IMG/VR virus record: IMGVR_UViG_3300047160_004777
Coordinates: 15,007-79,006 of that record
Origin: a virus
Taxonomy: Duplodnaviria; Caudoviricetes
Length of the DNA: 64,000 nt
Strand: one strand, 5' to 3'
Shown: in pieces, positions 55,204 through 63,867 of the stretch
Position numbering within the stretch: the first letter of the stretch is position 1
How the letters are laid out: every line of letters starts with the position of its first letter
The notes under the pieces: model-generated
Told to the model about the DNA's origin: nothing
Database searches by the model: none
The model's input: the letters and a program-made list of their open reading frames with translations, nothing else
Program-made: the position numbers and the translations under genes

Positions 55204-55816
55204 GATTGAAGAAGATGTGATAAGCGAGGAAACGCCACGGCGCGAGTTCCTCGGCGAGCTAGAACAGTTCGCCAACGAACATCCGTCACTCACGGCGCCG
55301 GAGTTGGCGCGGGCGTTTGGTCGGTTACTCCCGGAAAGGAATCTCGATCTGGTAGTCCGATTGCTCCAGGCGAATGCTTACGCGCTGCTCGCCGCCGAGT
55401 TTCGGGCTCGCTTCGCGCGGCAGCGACACGAGATTTTCGCGAGTCTGGATATTCCCAACGCCGAACCATCTGACGAACCTCCGCCACGGATTGTTTCGGT
55501 GTACGAGAAGATCACGCAATGGCGGGAGTTCGTGCCGGACCGGGGCCACCGGCTCCTGCTCGAAATGACCAAACGCGAAATCCACGCCGCGTGGCAGACC
55601 CGGACGAGCCGGATGTTATCGGAGGCATGGCGAGCGGAAGTGCTCCGGCGGATCGACACGACACTCGAACTGCCGGAGGACTTGGTAAGCGACCACTTCT
55701 CCGCAGTAGACATCGCCAATCTCATTCAAACTGTGAGAGGGGAAATGTACCGTGGGAACCTGAGACTCCGCATCAACGTCGTACCGATGCCTAGCCGACG
55801 CAGGAACAATGAATGA
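55196..55816 (+). CDS. helical hypothetical protein upstream of the Cas7-like gene
   Basis: GGAG SD; 206 aa, alpha-helical composition, LLEMTKREIHAAW. Confidence 0.65.
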   Translation: MTEIEEDVISEETPRREFLGELEQFANEHPSLTAPELARAFGRLLPERNLDLVVRLLQANAYALLAAEFRARFARQRHEIFASLDIPNAEPSDEPPPRIVSVYEKITQWREFVPDRGHRLLLEMTKREIHAAWQTRTSRMLSEAWRAEVLRRIDTTLELPEDLVSDHFSAVDIANLIQTVRGEMYRGNLRLRINVVPMPSRRRNNE

Positions 55817-55890
55817 ATCGCCGGATCGCTCTGTCGCTGATTGCTGGCGTCACCGCCGGCCTAGTTACTCAACCAGAGGTTACGAACGCA

Positions 55891-56964
55891 ATGGGTATTT
55901 TCTTCAAACAGTCGGCGCTTTTTACGCGCTACGCGGTCACGCTCCAGTTCCGGGACAAAGTAATGGGGGGCATCCCCAAAGACCCGAAACTGATCGAGGG
56001 TTGGTTGCGGGCAAAAGCCGGTATCTCGGACGTTGAAGAGGTCCGGGTGGCGCTGCTCCGTACGCTCGGGGAGTTGGGTGCCGAAGTCAACCCGGACATG
56101 AACTATGCTGAGATCGAGCAGGCCGCCGAGAAAGTGGCCGGCACGAAAGAGACCAGCGGCTTCAAACGCGACCCCCGCTACGGGCTGTACCTGGAGTCGA
56201 GGCAGCTCAAGGCGGCGCTTGTTGGGCCAATCGCGGCGTAAATCCGTGATTGCCGTACGGACGCCTCTATCCGTATGGGCTGCAAATAAGTCTTGCCTAA
56301 ACGGCGAACGCTAAACGACATGCCTTTGGCGCCGCACGCCAACGCCGTGCTAAGTGGTCTCTCTGAGGTCAGCGATGCGTAGAGCACATACAGCAAGCCG
56401 CCCGACCGGCTTTATAAGCCGAGGGCGAAGACATGTGCCGAACCCGGACGAAAGTCCGGCGTGGCTGGCAACGGCCACGACCCCGCGAGGGGTTACATCT
56501 GCAAAGAGTCAACAAATATTTTGTATGCTGGGGAACGTGTGGGTCCGACGAAGAAAGGTGCGCGGTCGTACCTCGCGGAGCGCGTCTTTCCCACCCCGGA
56601 TACGTTCTGGCTCGACCGCCAGGACCCGGACGGCATTGAGATGGTTGTCGGCCACGTCACCGGCCCCTCCGGCCCCCGCTCCACGCTCGGGTACCACGAG
56701 TACGTTCGCGGCGCGACAGTTCAGGGCCACATTCTCGTAGCTAGGGACGCCATCCCGCACGAGTGGTGGCCCGACCTCTGGACATTGATGGAGGAAAACG
56801 GCATCGGGGCCTTGCGGTCTCAGGGCTACGGGAAGTTCGACGTTCTCGCGTGGGAACAGATCGACTTGCTGACGCCAGTTCCCGACCCGGACGCGATCCT
56901 CAACTCGACCACGAAGTTGTCGCCCTCGATCACGAAAGCTCTCAGGGGCGCGGCGAAGGCGTAG
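55891..56964 (+). CDS. Cas7/RAMP-like protein (263 aa after splicing; exons 55891-56219 and 56502-56964)
   Basis: RAMP-like YAVTLQF..VMGGIP, spliced core YLESRQLKAAL-KESTN, Gly-rich loop GIGALRSQGYGKFDV. Confidence 0.75.
56220..56501 (+). ncRNA. group I intron (282 nt, no ORF)
   Basis: 5' exon ends in U and the intron ends in G; P3 CTTGC/GCAAG, P4 CGGCG/CGCCG, P7 GCACAT/ATGTGC, P8 hairpin, P9 CCGGAC-GAAA-GTCCGG; splicing restores the frame (CT+C = Leu). Confidence 0.9.
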
Positions 56965-57076
56965 AGTCCCAATACTCGCGACAGAGAGGGCAGTCGCCGT
57001 GTGCGTTGCCCTCGAAGTCAAAATGCACGAACCAATGATGAAGCCGGATGCGTAGCTTGCGGAGCCACCGGCGCAT
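56942..57076 (-). CDS. small CxxC protein
   Basis: MRRWLRKLRIRLHHWFVHFDFEGNAHGDCPLC; weak SD. Confidence 0.4.
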   Translation of the reverse strand: MRRWLRKLRIRLHHWFVHFDFEGNAHGDCPLCREYWDSTPSPRP

Positions 57077-57091
57077 ACGACCCAGAATATG

Positions 57092-57420
57092 CGACAGGCC
57101 AAACCCCGCCCCGCCGAAGTCCCAGCCATCTGCAGCGGGCCTCAACCGACATACCGTACCTCTTTCCCATCAACACGAATCTCACGCGACCGACCTGCCC
57201 TGTATCCCGCCTCAATCTTGTCATGTCCGGTCAGAACGACATCTCTCGTCACCTCGTGTCCGCGCGGCGGACCGCGACTAATCTAGACAGGCACTGAACA
57301 ACACTCAGCGAATCAGCGCGACGAGGCCATCCCCGCCTTCGCTGAACAGACTCCGGACAAGCCAGAACGACTATCCTTGGCATACCGCCCCAACCCTTTC
57401 CGACTACACCTGATCGAGAA
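57092..57420 (-). repeat. degenerate 5-nt-periodic array (G[GATC]Y-NN on the minus strand; CGAC-delimited units on the plus strand); candidate guide-RNA array
   Basis: Plus strand has C every 5-6 nt (e.g. cgaC atctC tcgtC acctC gtgtC); CGAC at 57092, 57147, 57187, 57237, 57275, 57319, 57368, 57401; minus strand ggcgg ggcgg ggttt ggcct. Confidence 0.65.
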
Positions 57421-57565
57421 GTCGGACCTTCAGCCCGAGTTGTTGGCGCCAGGCTACCGTCACTTTGCGCGCTTGACGCCAGCTCGCGGCTTCGGCGCAG
57501 AGGCAGTCGCGAACGTGGATACCATCCAGTTTGTCCGCCTCTACGTCGTGGAGCACTTCGAGTGA
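57377..57565 (+). CDS. possible small protein
   Basis: TTG start overlaps the array end; protein-like composition only. Confidence 0.3.
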   Translation: MAYRPNPFRLHLIEKSDLQPELLAPGYRHFARLTPARGFGAEAVANVDTIQFVRLYVVEHFE

Positions 57566-57606
57566 GTCGAGGGCGTGCTCGATCTGTACGAGGTCGCGCC
57601 GGTCGA

Positions 57607-58452
57607 TCACGCGGCGTCCTTCCACAGGTCCGGTCGGAGCTGGTCGGTCATTTCCTCGGCGCTCTCGATCTTGGGGACGCCGAAGTGGATGTCCAGTACG
57701 CCGTGGTCGCCCTTCTTGCCGGTCGCGTCGAGCAACTGTTGCAAGTAGTCGAAGCAGGTGTACCGCCACGAGTAGGGGATTTCGTTCTTGCGTTGGGCTA
57801 CGACGTAGGCCATGAGGATCGCCTCGATGCCCCACGGGTGGTACCAGCCGATGTCGTTCCAATCCGTGAGAAGGTTCCAGTGTTCGAGTTCGGCATCTTC
57901 CCACATCTTGGCGTACACGTCGGCGAAGAACACGTCGTAGCTCTGTCCGCGTAGGGTGGCGATGTCCTCTTGTCGGATATCCACCTTCGGGACGGTCCCG
58001 AAGTTCCGCTCGAACAGTGCTATAACCTTGGGGTCGGTCTCATACACGATCACCTTCTCGACCTCGGGCTTCGAGGCGATGCGCGTGGTCGAGTAGCCCA
58101 GGCCGAGCCCGCCGATCCCTACGACTCCCTCAGCCATTCGGATCGGCATGTACTGGCTCTCAATCTCCCGAGGCGTCATGGACATCCAGAGCGTCTCGGG
58201 AGTGCGGAGCACCGGAAACGGACCCCAGTCCAAAAAGTCCTGCCTCATGTAGCAATCCACGACGCCCTGGACTCGTGTGTATTCCAGACTGAGCTTTTCT
58301 GTCTGATACGGCGGTAGGCCGACCATCGACTGAAGCTCGCGCTCCAGGTATTCGTCGGTCCAGGGGTTCATGTCTGTCCAAGCCGGATAGATCGGCCGGA
58401 CAACCTTGCGTGTGTAGGAGCGTTTCGTTGTTCCAATCTTCTTTCTGCTCAT
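57607..58452 (-). CDS. SAM-dependent methyltransferase / spermidine-synthase-like protein
   Basis: VGIGGLGLGYST..VIVYETDPKVIALF..DVFFADVY. Confidence 0.7.
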   Translation of the reverse strand: MSRKKIGTTKRSYTRKVVRPIYPAWTDMNPWTDEYLERELQSMVGLPPYQTEKLSLEYTRVQGVVDCYMRQDFLDWGPFPVLRTPETLWMSMTPREIESQYMPIRMAEGVVGIGGLGLGYSTTRIASKPEVEKVIVYETDPKVIALFERNFGTVPKVDIRQEDIATLRGQSYDVFFADVYAKMWEDAELEHWNLLTDWNDIGWYHPWGIEAILMAYVVAQRKNEIPYSWRYTCFDYLQQLLDATGKKGDHGVLDIHFGVPKIESAEEMTDQLRPDLWKDAA

Positions 58453-59571
58453 TCAGCTCCTGGCGATGGGCATGATGCCGACGAGTTCGTACGCTTCGGG
58501 CAGCGTCTCCTGAGCGGTGCGTACGGCTTCTAAGAAGTCGGTCGCGGTCACGATGGCCGTGTCCGTGACCAACTTCGTGTAGGTGACTTTGAACACAGTG
58601 TCCAGTTCGTTCTCGATCACGAGCGGCTCTGGTACGTCCTCTTCGTGGTATGGCTGCTCGTTGAACTCTCGCCACGCGTCGTCCTGGCTCTCGGTGGCGA
58701 CGAGGTCGCCGTCGAGGGTGACCGGAATGGTCTCTGCGGGCGACCTTGGTTCTGGCTCGGGCAACTGAACGTCGCGCAGCGCTTCGTTTGCGGCGATGCT
58801 CGCGGGCGATTCGTTTGGGTCCGCGCCGTTCTCGCTGTCTTTCGTCAAGCGGTGCGCTCGTAACACGTCGGCGATCCAGTGATAGGACTTGCCGTACTTG
58901 GTCCTGAGCTTCGCGTAGCTGTAGCCGCGTTTCTTGTCGGCGACGACTGCTTGCTGGAGTTCGTATTCCGTCAGCGCAGCCGTGACGACGGTCGGGGTCG
59001 GTTTCTCGGGTTCGGGCTCAGGCTCGGGTTCCGGGGAGGGTTCCGGTGCGGCCGGAAGTTCGGCGGCAGGCGGACCGACGCGCCGGATCGTGATGCGCGG
59101 CGGGCTCGACTGAAGCCACTCGCGGCCGGCCCTGACCTCGGGGCGCGGCGGAAAGGATGGCGCGTGAGTTTCAGGGAGGTCGTGGTCCGGTCGGGGTTCA
59201 ATGCCGTTCTTGCGTAAGATGCGGTGCAACGAGCCCGGACTGACCAACTGGAAGTGGTCGAGTATCCACTGGATCGTTACGTCGGGACGTTGGTACGCCT
59301 CGATGATCTCCCGCTCTCGGCTAGCCTCCATGTCCGTCGGTATGGTCATACGGGATTCCTCTGTAACGCTGTGTTTGGCTAAGTTGCCGTCGTAGTTGAC
59401 TCGGACGGTTTGCTTACACCACGTACACTCGGCGGTGCGACCTTCGATCTTGGCCGCGCCGTACGGCTCCGCGATGTATCGCTTCGTCTGGTTGGGAAAG
59501 AACGCTCTGTTGACTTCGGACCCGGCGAGCAACGCTGCTTCGCCGGACCCTTCGCATGTAACCCTTGGCAT
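58453..59571 (-). CDS. HTH-containing regulatory protein (possible second start at 59349)
   Basis: Two HTH-like segments (WILDHFQLVSPGSLHRILRKNGI; YSYAKLRTKYGKSYHWIADVL); internal GAGG + ATG. Confidence 0.6.
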   Translation of the reverse strand: MPRVTCEGSGEAALLAGSEVNRAFFPNQTKRYIAEPYGAAKIEGRTAECTWCKQTVRVNYDGNLAKHSVTEESRMTIPTDMEASREREIIEAYQRPDVTIQWILDHFQLVSPGSLHRILRKNGIEPRPDHDLPETHAPSFPPRPEVRAGREWLQSSPPRITIRRVGPPAAELPAAPEPSPEPEPEPEPEKPTPTVVTAALTEYELQQAVVADKKRGYSYAKLRTKYGKSYHWIADVLRAHRLTKDSENGADPNESPASIAANEALRDVQLPEPEPRSPAETIPVTLDGDLVATESQDDAWREFNEQPYHEEDVPEPLVIENELDTVFKVTYTKLVTDTAIVTATDFLEAVRTAQETLPEAYELVGIMPIARS

Positions 59572-59573
59572 AG

Positions 59574-60041
59574 CTAAGCCGCCTCTGTTCGCCGGCCTTT
59601 GATGCTCGTGCGGCAGTGCTTACACCACGGTGCTCCACCGCCACACTCCGGACAAATGCCCTCGGCGCGTCGAGTGGCGCGTCGTCGGCGCGCGGCTGCG
59701 GCGGCTCGTGCCTGACGTGCGTTTTGCGACGTATGACGCCAGCACAGGAGTCGTTCGCCCGGTTTCCGTAACCGCGAGCCGCACACTTCGCAGTACAACG
59801 GCGGAGCTTGGTACGGAGCCGGCGTGGGCATAGGCGGTCGGCCGGTCGCGTGCCGTTTGAAGTTGTCTAAGACGGTTGGATCAATTTGCCAATCCCGACC
59901 AAATCTGAAAGCGGGTAGACGCTCTTCTCTGATGTAGAACCGAACTCTGCCCGGCGAGATGCCGAGCTTCTCTGCCGCCTCGTTGGTGGTGTAGAACTGA
60001 GGGGCGGCTCTGGGTTTGAGTTTTCGAGGCATTCCTTTCAT
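59574..60041 (-). CDS. excisionase/MerR-like HTH DNA-binding protein with Zn-finger motifs
   Basis: YTTNEAAEKLGISPGRVRFYIREERLPAFRFGRDWQI; CEVC, CPEC. Confidence 0.75.
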   Translation of the reverse strand: MKGMPRKLKPRAAPQFYTTNEAAEKLGISPGRVRFYIREERLPAFRFGRDWQIDPTVLDNFKRHATGRPPMPTPAPYQAPPLYCEVCGSRLRKPGERLLCWRHTSQNARQARAAAAARRRRATRRAEGICPECGGGAPWCKHCRTSIKGRRTEAA

Positions 60042-60123
60042 GTCTCCGAATGGCCGAATCGTCGGCGGTAAGCCGGGGGGAATTATAGCGCGAACGGTCG
60101 GCTTTACCCGATTACGTCGCTGG

Positions 60124-60396
60124 TTAGACGGCCGCCTCCCGGTGTAGCGGACATTCCTCAGCGACATACCACTCGCGACCGAGCGCGTCTACGCCCATAC
60201 CGCGCAGATTTTCCGCGCGAGGACAAACGCAGCCCTGGTCAGTAGCTAGCCGCGATCCCGGCGGCAAGCCCTGCCAGCGAGACAGAGCTTCGCGCCAGAC
60301 TGACCAGCACTGTAGCTTCGTGAGGCAATCTGGCTGTTTATTGCCGCCGAACTTCGAGAGGCAAAGACAGTACGGAACGAATCCGTCCGTGGTCAC
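60124..60396 (-). CDS. Cys-rich hypothetical protein
   Basis: Multiple Cys; overlapping start/stop with its neighbours. Confidence 0.5.
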   Translation of the reverse strand: MTTDGFVPYCLCLSKFGGNKQPDCLTKLQCWSVWREALSRWQGLPPGSRLATDQGCVCPRAENLRGMGVDALGREWYVAEECPLHREAAV

Positions 60397-60526
60397 GTAG
60401 AACGCGCGAGAACCGCGCCCGGATCGAGGCCGGTCGGGAGGACACCTCGCGCATTTCCAATCGTTCTAGGTACGTCCGGACGCTTCCCGGAAGGTATCCG
60501 GCCGAGCCCCGGCGTAGCGGTTCGTT

Positions 60527-60736
60527 TCACACTCGCTCCTTTCTTTTGGGATGCCACACGATGGGCCACCACGTCGCTGTATAGCCGCGACCCGGTAGCC
60601 ACAACTGCGTGGTTGAGTCTCGGTCGAGCGCGACGATGAGTGAGCCCCATGGCGTATGGACATACAGACGGTTCGGCGCACCTTCGGCCGAACACTCGGC
60701 ATCACGAGCACACTGGTGGATTCGGAATGCTTTCAT
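60527..60736 (-). CDS. hypothetical protein
   Basis: MKAF start; Trp-rich. Confidence 0.4.
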   Translation of the reverse strand: MKAFRIHQCARDAECSAEGAPNRLYVHTPWGSLIVALDRDSTTQLWLPGRGYTATWWPIVWHPKRKERV

Positions 60737-61151
60737 CGGTTTCGAGGTTTTCCAGCACCTCAAGGCATCGCTTCAATTGGCTGATCGTGCGGCGGCGTGT
60801 TGTCGGTCGTTCCCACCATGGTGGCCCGGACATGTCGTGGGTACGTTCACGCCGCTCGTTGTCGGCGAGGACCAGAATCAGCCGCGCGAACTCGCCGCGT
60901 AGCTCTAACAGGTCAGTTAGGAACTGCCCCATTCGCGAGGCGTCCCATCCGTACTGACTCGGCTCCCAGCCGTGCTCAACCTGATCCCAACCGCCGGTAA
61001 GCGCCGTGTAGACCAAACACCACAGCGGTAGCCGCGAGCGGCCGGTCGTGATTGACCCCGACACGCGGTCATCCCACACGACGAGGCCGGGGTAGAGGTC
61101 CACGCTTTCCGTGCCTGGTCTACGCCACACGCCCTGGTACTTCAACGGCAC
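60702..61151 (-). CDS. DUF433-like HTH protein
   Basis: VVWDDRVSGSITTGRSRLPLWCL resembles the DUF433 N-terminus. Confidence 0.5.
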   Translation of the reverse strand: MPLKYQGVWRRPGTESVDLYPGLVVWDDRVSGSITTGRSRLPLWCLVYTALTGGWDQVEHGWEPSQYGWDASRMGQFLTDLLELRGEFARLILVLADNERRERTHDMSGPPWWERPTTRRRTISQLKRCLEVLENLETDESIPNPPVCS

Positions 61152-61315
61152 TGGAAGTCTTTGGCTTCGCGGTAGATGCGGATAAGCTCGCGGCGTAGCT
61201 CCTCCTTGCGCTGAGGCGGCGTCGCGCTGTCCCGATACTCGGCACCGAGCTGTTCGACATAGGCCAACATCGACCAGAAGAAGGTCGTTAGCTCAGGCGG
61301 TTTCGGTTCTTCCAT
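61142..61315 (-). CDS. small helical protein
   Basis: GAGG SD, ATG, 57 aa (MEEPKPPELTTFFW). Confidence 0.5.
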   Translation of the reverse strand: MEEPKPPELTTFFWSMLAYVEQLGAEYRDSATPPQRKEELRRELIRIYREAKDFQCR

Positions 61316-61363
61316 CGCTCGTGTACCTCGCGCCTCATGGGTTGGTCCCTATATACCCTGAAA

Positions 61364-61543
61364 TCAACCATTACTCCTTGCGCGCATCATCTCCAGCGCT
61401 GCTAGATTCAGTTTGTTGAGTACGGCGTTGGCGGTGTCGTCGGCGGTCCGGCTGGCCCAATGTCCGGAGATTTGCATCACCATGCCCATGCAAGCCGATA
61501 GCCATTCAGCCTCATCCTCGGTCAGTTCCAAGGTGACATTCAT
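61364..61543 (-). CDS. small hypothetical protein
   Basis: GAGGAG SD, 59 aa (MNVTLELTEDEAEWL). Confidence 0.55.
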   Translation of the reverse strand: MNVTLELTEDEAEWLSACMGMVMQISGHWASRTADDTANAVLNKLNLAALEMMRARSNG

Positions 61544-61610
61544 CCGCGTTTCTCCTCGACGCTACTCGCGCAACGCTCATCGGTAGTTTCCGAGAGCATG
61601 GCAATCGGCA

Positions 61611-62048
61611 TCACTGGCGTATCACTCGTGCGAACTCGGACGGTCCCGGAGCCCGGTAGCGGTACGCCGTCTGAGTGTCCTGAAGCAGTTGCGCCGCATC
61701 TTCCTCGGCGCCCGACGTTGAGAACACGGCACCCATCCCTCCTTGGTGGCGTATGGCCGACTTCATCAGTTGTGCGGGTAAGCCGGCTATCGGGTGCCAC
61801 TGCGTCCCGTCGAACACCTCAGCCGTGGCGTACGAGTTGGCCATGTGGAAAGTCGTGTTGACTGAGATGGTCACGCGCACGCCCACGCTCGGAAGATTGC
61901 CGGCCGCGAGCGGCACGGCGAACATCGTTTGCCAGTGCTTGACGGGGGTGAGATCATCCCATTGCCTGGCCCAGAGCACTTCAGCTTGCATCTTTGTAAG
62001 GCTCTTTTGGATCGGGATTACATTCCACACACATGTCCGATGTGTCAT
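61611..62048 (-). CDS. hypothetical protein (start uncertain, possibly MQAEV)
   Basis: Globular composition, same orientation as the block. Confidence 0.5.
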   Translation of the reverse strand: MTHRTCVWNVIPIQKSLTKMQAEVLWARQWDDLTPVKHWQTMFAVPLAAGNLPSVGVRVTISVNTTFHMANSYATAEVFDGTQWHPIAGLPAQLMKSAIRHQGGMGAVFSTSGAEEDAAQLLQDTQTAYRYRAPGPSEFARVIRQ

Positions 62049-62145
62049 GGCCGCGACCTAGGCAGATGTAGCAAAACCAGTGTTTGCCGCATCTGCCCAA
62101 CTCTACTTCCAGACCAAGGCCGCAACATACGCAGTGCTGATCCAT
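61981..62145 (-). CDS. small Cys/His-rich protein
   Basis: CVCCG..CGKHWFCYIC..H..CVEC; resembles 3989..4129. Confidence 0.5.
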   Translation of the reverse strand: MDQHCVCCGLGLEVELGRCGKHWFCYICLGRGHDTSDMCVECNPDPKEPYKDAS

Positions 62146-62504
62146 CAGTTTTTCGGTCGTCTGCCGATATATTCGAGGTTCATCTCGTGACTCCGGCCGG
62201 CGGATTGGTGGAACAGTCGGACCCGAAGCCGGACCGATCCCACTTCCGCCGGGAGTTCGAGCAGGAGCGTTTGGGACGCTTCGACCATCCCCTCCATCAA
62301 GTGTTCCATCCATTGCGTGTCGCCGGACTGGAGCACGGCTACCTCAATCTCGTCCTCCATCGGAATCCACTTCGGAAACCGTTGCCCGACCGCGAGGGGC
62401 ACCGGCTCGCTGTACCAGCTTCGCGCCCACACGGTTCGGGATCGGTTGCGCTCGTGTGGGATCAAGCGAGGTACGAGCGGTCGGCGTTCGCGGCTATCCG
62501 TCAT
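62145..62504 (-). CDS. hypothetical protein
   Basis: ATGA overlap with the upstream gene. Confidence 0.5.
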   Translation of the reverse strand: MTDSRERRPLVPRLIPHERNRSRTVWARSWYSEPVPLAVGQRFPKWIPMEDEIEVAVLQSGDTQWMEHLMEGMVEASQTLLLELPAEVGSVRLRVRLFHQSAGRSHEMNLEYIGRRPKN

Positions 62505-63199
62505 TCAGTTTCCTCCCAGGCTTCTCTTTCGAGTCGGCGTAGGACGCCGCCAATCACATCGTCAACCACCTCGTTGCGTAGACTCGCGAGGATGGCTTTC
62601 GTCGGATTGTCAACGCCGAGTAGCGTGCGTACTTCCACGGCCCAGTGTTGTAGCTCGCGGAAGGTCTTGTCGTATGGCTTCGCGACGTAGATCATCACGA
62701 GGTCGCCCCACGGGGCGATCAGCGGCGTATGACCGCGCAGGAAATTCTCATCGACCCCCAAAATGACCGGATCAGGAAAGAACATCCGGTAACGGGGCCG
62801 CTCAGCCTGGTCAATACTCAGGTCCCACAGGAACCGCCGCTGGACGATGGCGACCAGATGCCCCGGCCAACGGTGATCGCGTTCTTCCTTAGCGGGATAG
62901 CCGATTCCCACTCCCCAAGCGTTGATTTCCTTGTGCCATTCCTCGAACTGTTCGGTGCTCTCCGGGAAGCCATCCCGAAGAGCACGTCGAATCAGAGCGC
63001 GGTTGAAGATAGTCGCTTGGACGCTGAGCGGGTAGGCGTCCGGGCACTTGATCGCTTCGAGCACGTCGAGGGCGACCCGCGTAGCGGCGATGGAGCTATC
63101 GCGCGGAAAGTGCCGTAATTGGTGGCGCCGGATGAGGCGCCCCAATCGTTCTAGAGCTGGGTAACGTAAGTCGTCGTCTTTGACCGCACGTTCGGCCAC
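62501..63199 (-). CDS. hypothetical protein (possible papain/transglutaminase-like C-H motif)
   Basis: 232 aa; DSSIAATRV..WPGHLVAIV..LWDLSIDQ (Ser at the expected Cys position). Confidence 0.55.
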   Translation of the reverse strand: MAERAVKDDDLRYPALERLGRLIRRHQLRHFPRDSSIAATRVALDVLEAIKCPDAYPLSVQATIFNRALIRRALRDGFPESTEQFEEWHKEINAWGVGIGYPAKEERDHRWPGHLVAIVQRRFLWDLSIDQAERPRYRMFFPDPVILGVDENFLRGHTPLIAPWGDLVMIYVAKPYDKTFRELQHWAVEVRTLLGVDNPTKAILASLRNEVVDDVIGGVLRRLEREAWEETE

Positions 63200-63201
63200 G
63201 G

Positions 63202-63447
63202 TTACTCCCCGGTTTCTTCGTCAATCCGTTCACTAGCGACATCAACCCAGCGTATCGGCTGCTGACCAGGATGCATCAGCATCAAGTTGCCCGTGACGGG
63301 GTTGGCCCAGATGGGCGTCTCGTCGGGCAATGAGTCGAGCAGAGTGCGAAGCTGCCCCCAACTAATCCACTTGTACGTATGTTCGGCGTTGTCGGCGTCG
63401 AGGAACTCGCGGATGTCCAGGCCGTTCAGGGTTATGCCATAGCTCAT
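63202..63447 (-). CDS. hypothetical protein
   Basis: AGGAA upstream, 81 aa. Confidence 0.55.
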   Translation of the reverse strand: MSYGITLNGLDIREFLDADNAEHTYKWISWGQLRTLLDSLPDETPIWANPVTGNLMLMHPGQQPIRWVDVASERIDEETGE

Positions 63448-63454
63448 AAGTTTC

Positions 63455-63811
63455 CTAGTTCGATGTGACGGTGTTGTTTTGCGCCTCTTTCTGCGGCAGC
63501 GCCTTGAAGTAGACGGTTGTTGTCCCGTCGTCGTTGCGAAGCATCCGTGTGGTGCTCTTCACGTCGTACCGTTTCAACTCGGTCGCTACTCCGGCGCGGA
63601 TCACGTCCGGGTCGGCGTCTTTGTCCAGCTCCACCTTGAGCCAGAGGCCGGCCCTGGACGATTTCACAATCTCTGCCCCGAGAGTCTCCCAGCGCCGCTC
63701 GCCAAGAGAGCGGGTACGGGCTTCGATGGGCAAATCTTCGTCGGACACGTTGCCAATGATTTTTATTCGTGCCGGGTCGTTGGCGGGGTTGTTGGGCTTA
63801 CCTCGTGCCAC
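63455..63811 (-). CDS. hypothetical (possibly DNA-binding) protein
   Basis: GGAGG SD + GTG; basic 118 aa. Confidence 0.6.
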   Translation of the reverse strand: MARGKPNNPANDPARIKIIGNVSDEDLPIEARTRSLGERRWETLGAEIVKSSRAGLWLKVELDKDADPDVIRAGVATELKRYDVKSTTRMLRNDDGTTTVYFKALPQKEAQNNTVTSN

Positions 63812-63867
63812 ATGTCCTCCTTGAGTTGGAATGGGCGGGGGCGGTTTAGGTCACCCCCGCCGGTCGA

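Noticed and set aside
57092-57420. CRISPR array next to the Cas7-like gene
   Set aside because: There are no 23-47-nt identical direct repeats with unique spacers; the only constant elements are CGAC and a 5-nt periodicity
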